This document shows, piece by piece, positions 27,134 through 36,325 of a stretch of DNA of 58,241 nucleotides. How positions within the stretch are numbered: the first letter of the stretch is position 1; each line of letters begins with the position of its first letter. The notes under the pieces were generated by a model. It saw only the letters and a program-made list of their open reading frames with translations. It searched no databases and was not told where the DNA came from. The translations under genes and the position numbers were made by a program. This DNA comes from an uncultured Coriobacteriia bacterium (GTDB taxonomy: Bacteria; Actinomycetota; Coriobacteriia; Coriobacteriales; CAZMJV01): positions 1-58,241 of the forward strand of contig CAZMJV010000005.1 in the NCBI GenBank assembly GCA_964566905.1. Direction: 5' to 3'.

Positions 27134-28723
27134 CTAGCCCTTGATGATCGCAAGAGCCTCGGCGCGATACGCGTCCATGACGTACGGGATGCCGGAGATC
27201 TTGGCGGCTTCCTCGGTGAGCGCGAAGACGTCGTTTCGAGAGATGACCGGGAGCGACATGTTGCGCGAGCCCGCCATGATCTGCTGCAGGCCGACCTGGA
27301 GCTTGTCGACGTAGGTGTAGAGGCCGATGGCGCCGAGCGGGATCTTGTCGATGTCGGTCCCGAACCTGTCGCGGAGGGTCTCGTATGCGACGAAGATCTC
27401 CTCCTTCTTATCGCCGTACGCGGCGATGGCCTTGGGCAGGTCGTGTGCTTCCATCCAGCCTTCGGCGTTCTTGCCCACCATTCCGGGGATCATGAGCGCG
27501 CGGCCCATGCAGACGGCCTTGAAGTACGGGGCGCCCATCGCGAGGGCCTTGAAGATGCCGTCCTCGGAGGAGAAACCGCCGGCGATTGCGAGGTCGGGGA
27601 CGTACTCGCCCTGAGCCTCGAGCATGGTCGCCAGCTCATATGCCATCGACTGCAGGTAGAAGGTGGGGACGCCCCACTCCTCCATCATGCGCCAGGGGCT
27701 CATGCCGGTGCCGCCGGGTGCGCCGTCGATGGTGAGGAGGTCGATCTTGACCTCGGACGCCCACTTCATCGCGAGAGCGAGCTCGCGCATCGGGTAGGCA
27801 CCGGTCTTGAGCGTGACGCGCTTCGCACCAAGCGCGCGCAGGCGCTCGACGGTGGCGATGAACTCGTCGTGATCGATGAACCCGAGACGCGAGTGACGCT
27901 CGAAGTTCTCGAAGGCGCCGGCCTCGAACGACGCCTGGACGACCGGGTCGGACGGATCGGGGGTGACGATGTATCCGCGACGCTGCAGCTCGAGGGCACG
28001 GGCGAGAGACGAGACCTTGATCTCGCCGCCGATCGACTTGGCGCCCTGGCCCCACTTGAGCTCGATGGTCTCGACGCCCAACTTGTCGATGACGTACTCC
28101 GCTACGCCCAATCGGGCATCCTCGACGTTGAGCTGGACCAGGATGTCACCGTAACCGTCGTGGTAGCGGCGATAGAGCTCCACTCGGCGGTCCATGTCGG
28201 GGGCGTTCTTCACGTGACCCTGGGCGTCGAGCTCGAGAAGCGGGTCGATGCCGCAGACGTTCTCGCCGCAGACGAGCGAGATGCCTGAAATGGCGGCACC
28301 GATGGCGAAGTGCTCCCAGTTTGCCCGGGCGATCTCGGTCGAACCGAGGGCGCCGGTGAACACGGGGACCTTCATCTTGACCTTGTTCTTGTATCCGAAC
28401 TCGGTCTCCGTGGAGACGCCCGGGAAAGTGACCGTATCGGGTCCGGCGACGATGCCCTCGGGAAGACCCTTCGCGCCCATGGCGTAACCGGCGATGTTGA
28501 GGTGAGAGTAGTCGACCGGATAGTCCTTGTCGGCGCCGGCGGTCACTTCACCGAAGGGGCCCGGATAGATGAGCTCGCGACCGCGGAACGTCGCCTTAAA
28601 GACCTCGCAGTTTCCGCGACAACCGTCGATGCAGCGGCTGCAGATTCCCGAGCTGGGGGTGACGTTGCGCGAACGATTCGATGTTCCCGTCGCGTCGTTG
28701 GCATTCGGTCGCTGAAGGTTCAT
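27134..28723 (-). CDS. Glutamate synthase-related FMN protein (GltS FMN-domain family) with N-terminal Cys cluster
   Basis: It has IDGAPGGTGMSPW and a TIM-barrel GltS domain-2-like sequence. The N-terminus has CSRCIDGCRGNCEVF (Cx2Cx3Cx3C). GAGGAG precedes ATG 28723 (MNLQRPN). Confidence 0.8.
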   Translation of the reverse strand: MNLQRPNANDATGTSNRSRNVTPSSGICSRCIDGCRGNCEVFKATFRGRELIYPGPFGEVTAGADKDYPVDYSHLNIAGYAMGAKGLPEGIVAGPDTVTFPGVSTETEFGYKNKVKMKVPVFTGALGSTEIARANWEHFAIGAAISGISLVCGENVCGIDPLLELDAQGHVKNAPDMDRRVELYRRYHDGYGDILVQLNVEDARLGVAEYVIDKLGVETIELKWGQGAKSIGGEIKVSSLARALELQRRGYIVTPDPSDPVVQASFEAGAFENFERHSRLGFIDHDEFIATVERLRALGAKRVTLKTGAYPMRELALAMKWASEVKIDLLTIDGAPGGTGMSPWRMMEEWGVPTFYLQSMAYELATMLEAQGEYVPDLAIAGGFSSEDGIFKALAMGAPYFKAVCMGRALMIPGMVGKNAEGWMEAHDLPKAIAAYGDKKEEIFVAYETLRDRFGTDIDKIPLGAIGLYTYVDKLQVGLQQIMAGSRNMSLPVISRNDVFALTEEAAKISGIPYVMDAYRAEALAIIKG

Positions 28724-28887
28724 ATATCTCTCCTCAGAGGGTCGTGAGGCCTGAGCACGGCACAGGCTCGATACGGTTTTCTGATTGTACGCTCGTAACT
28801 TATGCGAAATGTCATGTTCGATTTGATTTTTCACGATGGAAACAATCGAACGCGTGGACGGCGTGAATGTGACGCCGGTTGCACTCT

Positions 28888-28914
28888 CTATATGATTAAT
28901 CTACTATATGATTA
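28888..28914. promoter_or_regulatory. Direct repeat CTATATGATTA-N5-CTATATGATTA in an AT-rich divergent promoter region
   Basis: The copies lie at 28888..28898 and 28904..28914, 27-53 nt upstream of the padR-family ATG. The region is a sharp AT-rich island in GC-rich DNA. It is a candidate PadR operator or promoter element. Confidence 0.4.
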
Positions 28915-28940
28915 CGCATATATCCTGATGGAAGCGGACC

Positions 28941-29537
28941 ATGTCTCTCGAGCACGCCATTCTCGGATTCCTCTGCGAACAGCCGCGCACCGGCTACGAC
29001 TTGAAGACGCGCTGTTTCGACCTTGCGGCCAACTCCTTCTGGGGTGCCGACCAAGCCCAGATCTACCGAACGCTCGAGCGGTTGCAGAACGCGGACCTTG
29101 TGAACGTGACCACCCGCCGAGGCGTCAACAAGCCCGACCGCAAGGTCTACAAGCCGACCCCCGCGGGTCGCGCTGCGTTCGCTCGGTGGGCGGCGACTCC
29201 GCTCCCCCTCCCCACGGTGAGAGAACCCCTACTGGCTCAGGTCTACCTGGGAGAGTCGACCTCCGACGAGCAGCTCGTGGGGATGCTGGCGAATCACAGG
29301 GATCTGCGGGTGACCCGCCGCGAGGCGCTCGGCGCCCACCTCGAACAGCTGTCCTCGGGAGCAGAGGCGATCTCGCCACGCTCCGCACAACTCAAGTCCG
29401 CGACGGTCCGCGCCGCCATCGCACGGGAGGACGCCGCTATCCGCTGGGCGGACGAATGCATCTCATCTATCCGATCGGGCTCGGTCTCGCCACTGGACGG
29501 TGCCCCCCATGTCGTGCCCGGAACCGCGAGCGCATAA
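28941..29537 (+). CDS. PadR-family transcriptional regulator (long form with C-terminal domain)
   Basis: MSLEHAILGFLCEQPRTGYDLKTRC...QIYRTLERLQNADLV...KVYKPTPAGR is a winged-helix PadR signature. Confidence 0.88.
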   Translation: MSLEHAILGFLCEQPRTGYDLKTRCFDLAANSFWGADQAQIYRTLERLQNADLVNVTTRRGVNKPDRKVYKPTPAGRAAFARWAATPLPLPTVREPLLAQVYLGESTSDEQLVGMLANHRDLRVTRREALGAHLEQLSSGAEAISPRSAQLKSATVRAAIAREDAAIRWADECISSIRSGSVSPLDGAPHVVPGTASA

Positions 29538-29554
29538 CGACCGAAGGAGCAGCA

Positions 29555-30133
29555 ATGAAGGTCATCGCAATCGACGCAGGCAACTCACACGGCGCACTCT
29601 CGCGCTCGGTCGAACTCGCGGCCAGGGCCGCGAAAGCGGCGGGTGCGGAGGTCGAGAGGGTGAGCCTGGGGAGGTTGCGCATCAAGCGCTGTACCAGCTG
29701 CGGGGTCTGCCAGCTGGGTGGTCACTGCAAGATCGAGGACGATCTGCCCGCGCTGGCCGCCCGCATCGGCGAGGCCGACGGCGTCATCTACGGGCTCCCC
29801 GAACTGCTCTTCAAGTCCGACGAGCGGACGCAGACGATCCTCACCCGGCTCTCCGGGTTCTTCGAGGAGAACCGGGAAGCGGCCGCATCCGGTGGCGAGC
29901 ACCCCGCGAAACGCGCCATCGTGATAACTGCGAGCGCGCTCCCCGTGTCGGTCGCGACGTTCTTCGGATACAAGACCGGTCCGATGCGCAAGCTCCGCGA
30001 CGCCCTGGGTGCCGGCGGGTTCAAGACGATCGGGTCGCTCATCATGAACGGAAACCTGGTCCGACCGACGTTCAGGCGCGAGCAGGCCGACCGCGCCCGC
30101 TCGCTCGGACGGGTGCTGGTGGGAAGGGTCTAG
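29555..30133 (+). CDS. Flavodoxin-like NAD(P)H-dependent FMN reductase / iron-sulfur flavoprotein (Isf-like)
   Basis: The N-terminus is MKVIAIDAGNSHGALS.. It has the compact Cys motif CTSCGVCQLGGHC. GAAGGAG precedes ATG 29555. It lies in frame within the long ORF 28802..30133, whose 5' part is spurious. Confidence 0.8.
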   Translation: MKVIAIDAGNSHGALSRSVELAARAAKAAGAEVERVSLGRLRIKRCTSCGVCQLGGHCKIEDDLPALAARIGEADGVIYGLPELLFKSDERTQTILTRLSGFFEENREAAASGGEHPAKRAIVITASALPVSVATFFGYKTGPMRKLRDALGAGGFKTIGSLIMNGNLVRPTFRREQADRARSLGRVLVGRV

Positions 30134-30156
30134 GCGCATTCCCGGCAGAGGACCGG

Positions 30157-31350
30157 CTACTCCGAGAGGAGGAGCTCCATCACGTGGTGTCCGGGGACGA
30201 CCTCGTATCCGGTCGCGATCGCCTGCTCCTCGCAGAACTCGGAGCCTCCGTTATGCGCGACTCCCGGCCCCGCGAGCACGAAGGGCACGGGCTCCTCGGA
30301 ATGGGTCTTGAGCTCGACCGGTGTGGGATGGTCGGGCATCGCGAGGATGCGCAGCTCGTGGTCTTCTCCCCATGCGGCGAGTCGAGAGATGATCTCGCGG
30401 TCGATCGCCTCGATGGCCTCGACCTTGAGCTCGGCCTCCCCGTCGTGGCCGGCGCTGTCGGGTGCCTCCACATGCAGGACGACCACGTCGTAGTCGTCGA
30501 ACAGCGCGATGCCGCCCTCGGCCTGTGCCGCGTAGTCGTTGTCGTATCCGTCGGTGACCCCGTCGATCTCGGCGTAGTCGATGCCGGTCAGAAGGGCGAT
30601 CCCCTTGAGCAGGTCGACTCCGCTCGAGAGCGCGCATGCGGTGCCGTAGCGCTCCCTGAAGGGGACCATGCTTCCGGGTCGCTGCCCCGGCCAGAACGCC
30701 CATGAGGTGTTCGCGGGGAGAAGGCCCTTGGCGACGCGCTCGGCGTTGACCTCGCTTGCGCGGAGGATCTCATCGGCGCGGTCCATATACGCGAGCAGGC
30801 GGTCGGTTCCCGGTCCCGAAGGACGATAGGGAGCGATGGGCTTGTCGGTGATGTTGTGAGGAGCCATATACGTGGCGTGAAGGAGCTCGTCGATACCGGT
30901 CACGACGAGGATGTGTCGGAATGAGACGCCTTTGACGAGGTGGAACGTGTCGTCGTCGAGTTGCGCCTTGAGCTCGTCGATGAGTCGGTGCGACTCCTCG
31001 GTGGGGATACCACCGGTGTTGTACGAGGTCAGCGTGCCGTCGTCCGCCACCGAGGTGAGGTTGAACCGCATCGCCAGCTGGCCGGGCTTGAGGTCGACCC
31101 CCAGAGCCGCGCCCTCTATCGCGCCGCGACCGATGCGGTTGGCTGCCGGGTCGTATCCGACGATGGACATGCATGCCACCGAAGAGGAGGGCTCGATGCC
31201 GTCGGGAACCGTGTAGGCGACGCCCATCGTTCCGCGGGCGGCCAAGGCGTCGAGGTTCGGGGTCCGTGCCTGCTGCAGGGAGGTCAGCCCACCCCACCGC
31301 TCCATAGGCCAGCCGGACGCTCCGTCGAGTATCACGATCGCATGTTTCAC
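30157..31350 (-). CDS. Cofactor-independent phosphoglycerate mutase (ApgM)-family protein, 'proposed homoserine kinase' type
   Basis: MKHAIVILDGASGWP...ARTPNLDALA...MPDHPTP is a metalloenzyme/PhosphMutase architecture. The GTG start overlaps the GNAT stop (GTGA). thrC lies 0.6 kb away. Confidence 0.8.
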   Translation of the reverse strand: MKHAIVILDGASGWPMERWGGLTSLQQARTPNLDALAARGTMGVAYTVPDGIEPSSSVACMSIVGYDPAANRIGRGAIEGAALGVDLKPGQLAMRFNLTSVADDGTLTSYNTGGIPTEESHRLIDELKAQLDDDTFHLVKGVSFRHILVVTGIDELLHATYMAPHNITDKPIAPYRPSGPGTDRLLAYMDRADEILRASEVNAERVAKGLLPANTSWAFWPGQRPGSMVPFRERYGTACALSSGVDLLKGIALLTGIDYAEIDGVTDGYDNDYAAQAEGGIALFDDYDVVVLHVEAPDSAGHDGEAELKVEAIEAIDREIISRLAAWGEDHELRILAMPDHPTPVELKTHSEEPVPFVLAGPGVAHNGGSEFCEEQAIATGYEVVPGHHVMELLLSE

Positions 31351-31880
31351 AGCCGCTCACCGCCCCCTTCGTCCTCGGAGGTTCCGAGTATCTTCTCGAG
31401 GAAGACCACATCGAGCAGCCGCCCGAACTTCCTGCCTATTTCGCGGAGTCGTCCGACCTCGCGATAGCCGAGCCGCAATGCAAGATCGACGCTCGCCGTG
31501 TTCTCGGCGGTCACGATCGATACCACGACATGATATCCAAGTTCCACGGCGAGGCGTTCGAGCTCGACGAACAGTGCCTCGCCCAGACGCCTGCCGAGCA
31601 TATCGGGAGCGACGTATGCGGTGATCTCGATGCTGCCCGCGTAACCGGCACGGGGCTTGAACGGAGAGATGGAACCCCAACCGATCACCTCGCCGGAGTC
31701 GCCGAGGACGACGATGGCGGGATAGGCGTCCCCGTGGTCCTCGATCCAACGCAACCGCGAGGCAATCGTCGACTCGTCGAGGTCGAGCGTCGCGGTGGAC
31801 GTCCTGACGTAGTGGTTGTAAATCGCATCGATGGCCTGTGCGTCGCCTGCCGTTGCCCGGCGAAACAGGGGTTCTAGCAT
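31347..31880 (-). CDS. GNAT N-acetyltransferase (phosphinothricin/methionine-sulfoximine acetyltransferase-like)
   Basis: RRATAGDAQAIDAIYNHYVRTSTATLD..RWIEDH...GWGSISPFKPRAGY..VEITAYV is a PAT/YncA-like pattern. GGAGGAA precedes the ATG. Confidence 0.8.
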   Translation of the reverse strand: MLEPLFRRATAGDAQAIDAIYNHYVRTSTATLDLDESTIASRLRWIEDHGDAYPAIVVLGDSGEVIGWGSISPFKPRAGYAGSIEITAYVAPDMLGRRLGEALFVELERLAVELGYHVVVSIVTAENTASVDLALRLGYREVGRLREIGRKFGRLLDVVFLEKILGTSEDEGGGERL

Positions 31881-31945
31881 GTGATTCCTCCAAGGAAGCC
31901 CGGGTCACCAAGTACCCGAAACGGACATCGGGTATCATACCGCTC

Positions 31946-33484
31946 ATGAATACCTATAGAGACACGCGCGGACGCGCGACATCCAAACTCACGTTCACCC
32001 AAGCCGTCGTGAAGGGCATCGCGGAGGGCGGCGGTCTGTTCGTCCCCGAGGAAATCCCACGGATCGCGCTCGACGACATCGTCGCGCTCGAAGAGGCGAC
32101 GTATGCCGAGCGGGCGGCGCGCGTCTTCAAGCTCTTCGGAGTAGACCTCGACGACACGCTCGTCGACGAGCTCATGGAGCGCGCCTACGGCGTCAACTTC
32201 GACGATGAGCGCGTCGCGCCCGTGGAGCAGGTGCGCCCCGACATGCACGTGCTCGAGCTCTGGCACGGCCCGACGAGCGCGTTCAAGGACATGGCGCTGC
32301 AGTGCATGCCGCTGTTCTTCTCCGCATCCATCGACAAAATCCGCGCCGAGGGAGGATCGAGTGAGGACTACCTCATCCTGGTCGCCACCTCGGGTGACAC
32401 GGGCAAGGCTGCGCTCGACGGTTTCGCCGACCGCGAGCACACGTCGATCGCGGTGTTCTTCCCCACCGACGGGGTGAGCGACATCCAGCGCAAGCAGATG
32501 GTCACCCAGCTCGGGGACAACGTCGCGGTCTACGGCGTCCGGGGCAACTTCGACGACTGCCAAAGCGCCGTCAAGGCGACCTTCTCAGACGCCGCGTTCA
32601 ACGCAGAATTGCTGGAGAAGCACAACGTGCGCCTCTCGAGCGCGAACTCCATCAACTGGGGACGCCTGCTCCCGCAGATCGTCTACTATCTCAGCGCATA
32701 CGCCGACATGGTCGCCTCGGGCGGGGTCGTCGCGGGGCATCCCGTCGACATCTGCGTCCCGACCGGCAACTTCGGCAACATCCTGGGCGCCTACTACGCC
32801 AAGCAGATGGGGATGCCGATCGCACGCCTCATCTGCGCGAGCAACGAGAACCGCGTACTCGCTGATTTCATCGCCACCGGGACCTACGACATCTCCGACC
32901 GCGAGTTCGTGCTCACACCGTCGCCCTCGATGGACATCCTCATCTCGAGCAACCTCGAGCGCCAGCTCTTCGAGCTCACCGGCCGCGACGGCGACAAGGT
33001 CGCCGGCTGGATGGACGACCTTGCGCGCGACAGGCGCTTCACCGTCGATCGCGAGACGTTCGCGGCGCTGCGCGAGCACTTCGTCGCGGACTTCGTGACC
33101 AACGACGAGTCGCTCGCGACCATAAGGCGCGTCTTCAACGAGACCGGCTACCTTCTCGACCCGCACACGGCGGTCGCATGGGAAGTCGCCGAGCGCGTCG
33201 GGGAGGATCGTCCGATTCTCGTGGTCTCGACCGCGCACTGGGCGAAGTTTGGAGGCGACGTCTACCGCGCACTCACGGGTCTCGGTGCGGCGAGCCCGCT
33301 TCCCGATGAGCTTGCATCGAAGTCGGGCGTCGAACTGAACAAAGTGGTACAGACGCTGGCCGACGGAGCAGCCGTTCCTCTCCCCCTCGCCGAGCTCGAC
33401 TCGCTTCCCGTGAGATTCGACGAGACGGTCGACGCGGGCAGAGAAGGCGTCGAGTCCGCAGTCACCTCCTGGCTCGCCCGCTAG
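31946..33484 (+). CDS. thrC: Threonine synthase (long form)
   Basis: The N-terminus is YRDTRG...GGLFVPE. The PLP-lysine motif is HGPTSAFKDMALQ. The start is set at ATG 31946. Confidence 0.93.
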   Translation: MNTYRDTRGRATSKLTFTQAVVKGIAEGGGLFVPEEIPRIALDDIVALEEATYAERAARVFKLFGVDLDDTLVDELMERAYGVNFDDERVAPVEQVRPDMHVLELWHGPTSAFKDMALQCMPLFFSASIDKIRAEGGSSEDYLILVATSGDTGKAALDGFADREHTSIAVFFPTDGVSDIQRKQMVTQLGDNVAVYGVRGNFDDCQSAVKATFSDAAFNAELLEKHNVRLSSANSINWGRLLPQIVYYLSAYADMVASGGVVAGHPVDICVPTGNFGNILGAYYAKQMGMPIARLICASNENRVLADFIATGTYDISDREFVLTPSPSMDILISSNLERQLFELTGRDGDKVAGWMDDLARDRRFTVDRETFAALREHFVADFVTNDESLATIRRVFNETGYLLDPHTAVAWEVAERVGEDRPILVVSTAHWAKFGGDVYRALTGLGAASPLPDELASKSGVELNKVVQTLADGAAVPLPLAELDSLPVRFDETVDAGREGVESAVTSWLAR

Positions 33485-33485
33485 G

Positions 33486-34547
33486 ATGTCTCGACGCCCC
33501 CGCATCCGACGAGCATCCCGCGTCCTCGCGGCGTGTCTCGCCGTGATGCTGCTGGCGCCGGCGAGCGCATCGGCGACGCCGGAGTCGGACCTCCCCATCG
33601 AGGAGCGCGTCGCGCTCTTCCAGAGCAGGATCGACACGCTCAACCAGGATCTCGAGATCACCGCCGAGGAACTCAACTCGGCCGCAGGGAGACTCGCGGA
33701 GATCCAGCAGACCCTCGCGACGCGCGAGTCCCAACTCGAGAAGACCCGTGAGGAGTACCAGGCCAACAGGGCAGCCCTCGACGCGAGGATTCGCGGCGCG
33801 TACCGCCAGGGTCCTCTCGACTACCTCGAACTGCTGCTCGGATCGCGCGACATCCCCTCCCTCATCGACAAGTACGAGTACATCCTGCGAACCTCCGATG
33901 CGGAACGCGCCGACGCGGCCAACGTGACCGAGCGAAAGCAGAAGCTCGAGAACGAGGTCGTCGCGCTGCGCACCGAGGAGTTGAAGGCGCGCGCGATCGA
34001 GTTCGAACTCGAGGCGCGCAACGCCGAGATGGAGCATCGGAAGGCCGAATACCAACAGCTCTTCGACACCGCCTCATCCGAGGTGTTGCGCGGCTATGAG
34101 AGCAACCAGGCACGCCAGCGCGTTGCTGACTCGCAGTCTCTCGCCGACCTTCTCTCAGGCGACTACACGATCGAGCCCGGCGGAGTGGTCGAGACCGCGC
34201 TCCACTACCGCGGCATCCCCTACGTCTGGGGCGGCGAATCGACAAGCGGTATGGACTGCTCGGGACTTGTGTTGTTCGTGTTCAAGCAGCATGGAGTAAT
34301 CCTGCCGCACTACTCCGGCGCGCAGTTCAACCTCGGGCTCCCCGTCCCCACGTCACAGCTCAAGCCGGGCGACGTCGTCTTCTTCGGATCCCCCGTCCAC
34401 CACGTGGGCATCTATGCGGGGGGCGCCTACTTCATACACGCCCCCACCTTCGGAGACGTCGTCAAGGTATCGAAATTGAGCGTCATGGGCGACTACGTCG
34501 GGGCGCGCCGCTACGCATGGACTCCCCGCGTCGCCCCTCCCCTGTAG
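33486..34547 (+). CDS. Secreted coiled-coil + NlpC/P60 (C40) peptidoglycan endopeptidase (RipC/PcsB-like architecture)
   Basis: It has a signal peptide and a long heptad-rich region. The C-terminal catalytic part is YVWGGESTSGMDCSGLVLFVF...VHHVGIYAGGAYFIHAP. Confidence 0.9.
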   Translation: MSRRPRIRRASRVLAACLAVMLLAPASASATPESDLPIEERVALFQSRIDTLNQDLEITAEELNSAAGRLAEIQQTLATRESQLEKTREEYQANRAALDARIRGAYRQGPLDYLELLLGSRDIPSLIDKYEYILRTSDAERADAANVTERKQKLENEVVALRTEELKARAIEFELEARNAEMEHRKAEYQQLFDTASSEVLRGYESNQARQRVADSQSLADLLSGDYTIEPGGVVETALHYRGIPYVWGGESTSGMDCSGLVLFVFKQHGVILPHYSGAQFNLGLPVPTSQLKPGDVVFFGSPVHHVGIYAGGAYFIHAPTFGDVVKVSKLSVMGDYVGARRYAWTPRVAPPL

Positions 34548-34589
34548 TATCATCTGCACGACGAGACGGTCCAGTGAGACGGATACGCC

Positions 34590-34763
34590 ATGGCGCAGGG
34601 CAAGTCACCGCTCGAGACATACGGCCGCCGGACGGTGTTCACCGCACAGCGACGACGCACGCGCAATCGCAGGGTGCGCTGGGCTCTCTCCATCCTTGTA
34701 CTGATGGCGATCGCAGCCGTGGTGATATGGATGGCCGTCGGATCGATGGCGGCTGCTTCGTGA
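34590..34763 (+). CDS. Candidate 57-aa single-pass membrane protein (not in ORF track)
   Basis: My translation is [57 protein letters not shown]. Its TGA overlaps an in-frame GTG of the next gene (GTGA). The SD is weak. Confidence 0.35.
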   Translation: MAQGKSPLETYGRRTVFTAQRRRTRNRRVRWALSILVLMAIAAVVIWMAVGSMAAAS

Positions 34764-35725
34764 CGGACCGTCCGAACAGCGTCGACGACTATCTCGACCA
34801 CATCGCGCACCTCGTTCTCCCGGAACTCGAGACCTGTGAGGGTGGCAGGGAGTACGCGGACGCCCGACGCACCTCTCGGGCTGCGCGCATCGCCGAACAG
34901 AAGCGGTGCCGGCGCGTAGCGCGCGTCCGTCTTCTCGCCGCAACAGCCACAGCGGTCGTAGCTCTGGCCTCTCTTGTCGCCATCGGCGCTGCAGCGCTCC
35001 CCTCGCTTCGAGGCGACTCGTCCTCCGAATCGTCGGTTTCGAGCGCCCGCGCGGCGGAGGCACCCGTCCTCCGCCAAGCCGAGAGCCCTGGCGAGACTCC
35101 GCTGTTCGCGACGTATGGAGACGTGAAGCTCCGGCTCCCCGTGAACCCCGAAGAGCTGACCGAGATAGGCTTCCACCAGGCGAGCTTCAGCTACGCGTTG
35201 TCGATGGCGACCCCGCTCGCCGATGCGGACATGTCGGACGCCCGCGCGAACCGCGGTACCGGTAGGGCGAGCAAGCAGCCCCGAGGCGCCGACGCAGTGC
35301 TTCAGGGAACCGTGTTGCGCATGTGGCGCGAAGGCGGATGGGGCGAGCCCGACACATCCGCGGACGTCGGAGCGGCGGTAGGATCGACGGTCGTCTCCCC
35401 TGTCGACGGCACGGTCATCAAGGTGAAGCCCTACAAGCTCTACAACAAGTGGGACGACTTCGAGATCCACATCCAGCCCACCGGCCATCCCGAGCTCGAC
35501 GTGGTGCTGATCCACATCGACAAGTTGACGGTCGAACCGGGGGACAAGGTCCTCGCGGGGGTCACACCGCTTGCCGTGATACGCCGCCTCGATGACAAGG
35601 AGCCGATGCAGCTCCGCAGCTATACGCCCTTGGGCGACGGCGGCAACCACGTTCACGTGCAGGTGAACGACACGAAAAACCCCAGCTACAAGGGACTCGA
35701 AGGCGCCATCAACGTCGGAGGCTAG
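34760..35725 (+). CDS. Membrane-anchored protein with C-terminal LytM/M23-like (possibly degenerate) domain
   Basis: It has a TM segment ([23 protein letters not shown]). The C-terminus [57 protein letters not shown] follows M23 topology. The start is uncertain (GTG 34760, or ATG 34727). Confidence 0.6.
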   Translation: MTDRPNSVDDYLDHIAHLVLPELETCEGGREYADARRTSRAARIAEQKRCRRVARVRLLAATATAVVALASLVAIGAAALPSLRGDSSSESSVSSARAAEAPVLRQAESPGETPLFATYGDVKLRLPVNPEELTEIGFHQASFSYALSMATPLADADMSDARANRGTGRASKQPRGADAVLQGTVLRMWREGGWGEPDTSADVGAAVGSTVVSPVDGTVIKVKPYKLYNKWDDFEIHIQPTGHPELDVVLIHIDKLTVEPGDKVLAGVTPLAVIRRLDDKEPMQLRSYTPLGDGGNHVHVQVNDTKNPSYKGLEGAINVGG

Positions 35726-35937
35726 AGGTCGTTCGGAGCCTTCCCCGTGCCTGAGACGTGTTCGACGTAACGCCGGTCGAACTCCGAGCGCACCAGCATG
35801 ACCTTACGGGAGCACCCCGTGCATCGCAATCCGATGTCCATGCCGACGCGCACGACCTCCCACTCGTTGGTCCCGCAGGGGTGGCCTTTCTTGAGACGGA
35901 CGACGTCGCCCATCGCTATTGGAACTATCGGTCTCAT
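35722..35937 (-). CDS. DUF951-family small protein
   Basis: [44 protein letters not shown] is the typical DUF951 pattern. The start is ATG 35937, or possibly 35913. Confidence 0.8.
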   Translation of the reverse strand: MRPIVPIAMGDVVRLKKGHPCGTNEWEVVRVGMDIGLRCTGCSRKVMLVRSEFDRRYVEHVSGTGKAPNDL

Positions 35938-36020
35938 GGCCTGCCCTCCCGCCTGTGACGTACTATATGGACACCCTATTTCCAAGGCGCAGTATACCGT
36001 TCCGTCGACAAGGAGTCGCC

Positions 36021-36296
36021 ATGCGCATCCCCGCCGTATTGACCGTCCTCGGAGAGGACCGGGTCGGAATCATCGCCGCCGTTTCGTCGACGCTCGCCGA
36101 GTCGGGCGTGAACATCGTCGACGTGCGACAGACGATACTCGGGGACATCTTCTCCATGACGATGCTCCTGACGATCGACGAGGACCGCTCGACCTTCTCC
36201 GATGTCCAATCCAAGCTCGGCGGCGTTGCCGAGTCGATGGGACTGCAGATCACCCTGCAGCGCGAGGACGTCTTCAAGTTCATGTACCGCGTGTAA
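36021..36296 (+). CDS. ACT-domain protein (UPF0237 family)
   Basis: The sequence is [46 protein letters not shown].. AAGGAG precedes the ATG. It shows the conserved pairing with the following UPF0210 gene. Confidence 0.88.
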   Translation: MRIPAVLTVLGEDRVGIIAAVSSTLAESGVNIVDVRQTILGDIFSMTMLLTIDEDRSTFSDVQSKLGGVAESMGLQITLQREDVFKFMYRV

Positions 36297-36325
36297 GCCC
36301 CTCTCCCACCTGAAACGAGGACACC

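Noticed and set aside
28802-29554. 5' two-thirds of the 443-aa ORF 28802..30133, running across the padR gene in another frame
   Set aside because: Only the last 192 codons (from ATG 29555, after GAAGGAG) look like a flavodoxin-like protein. The upstream part overlaps the clear PadR reading frame and is Arg/Pro/Gly-rich.
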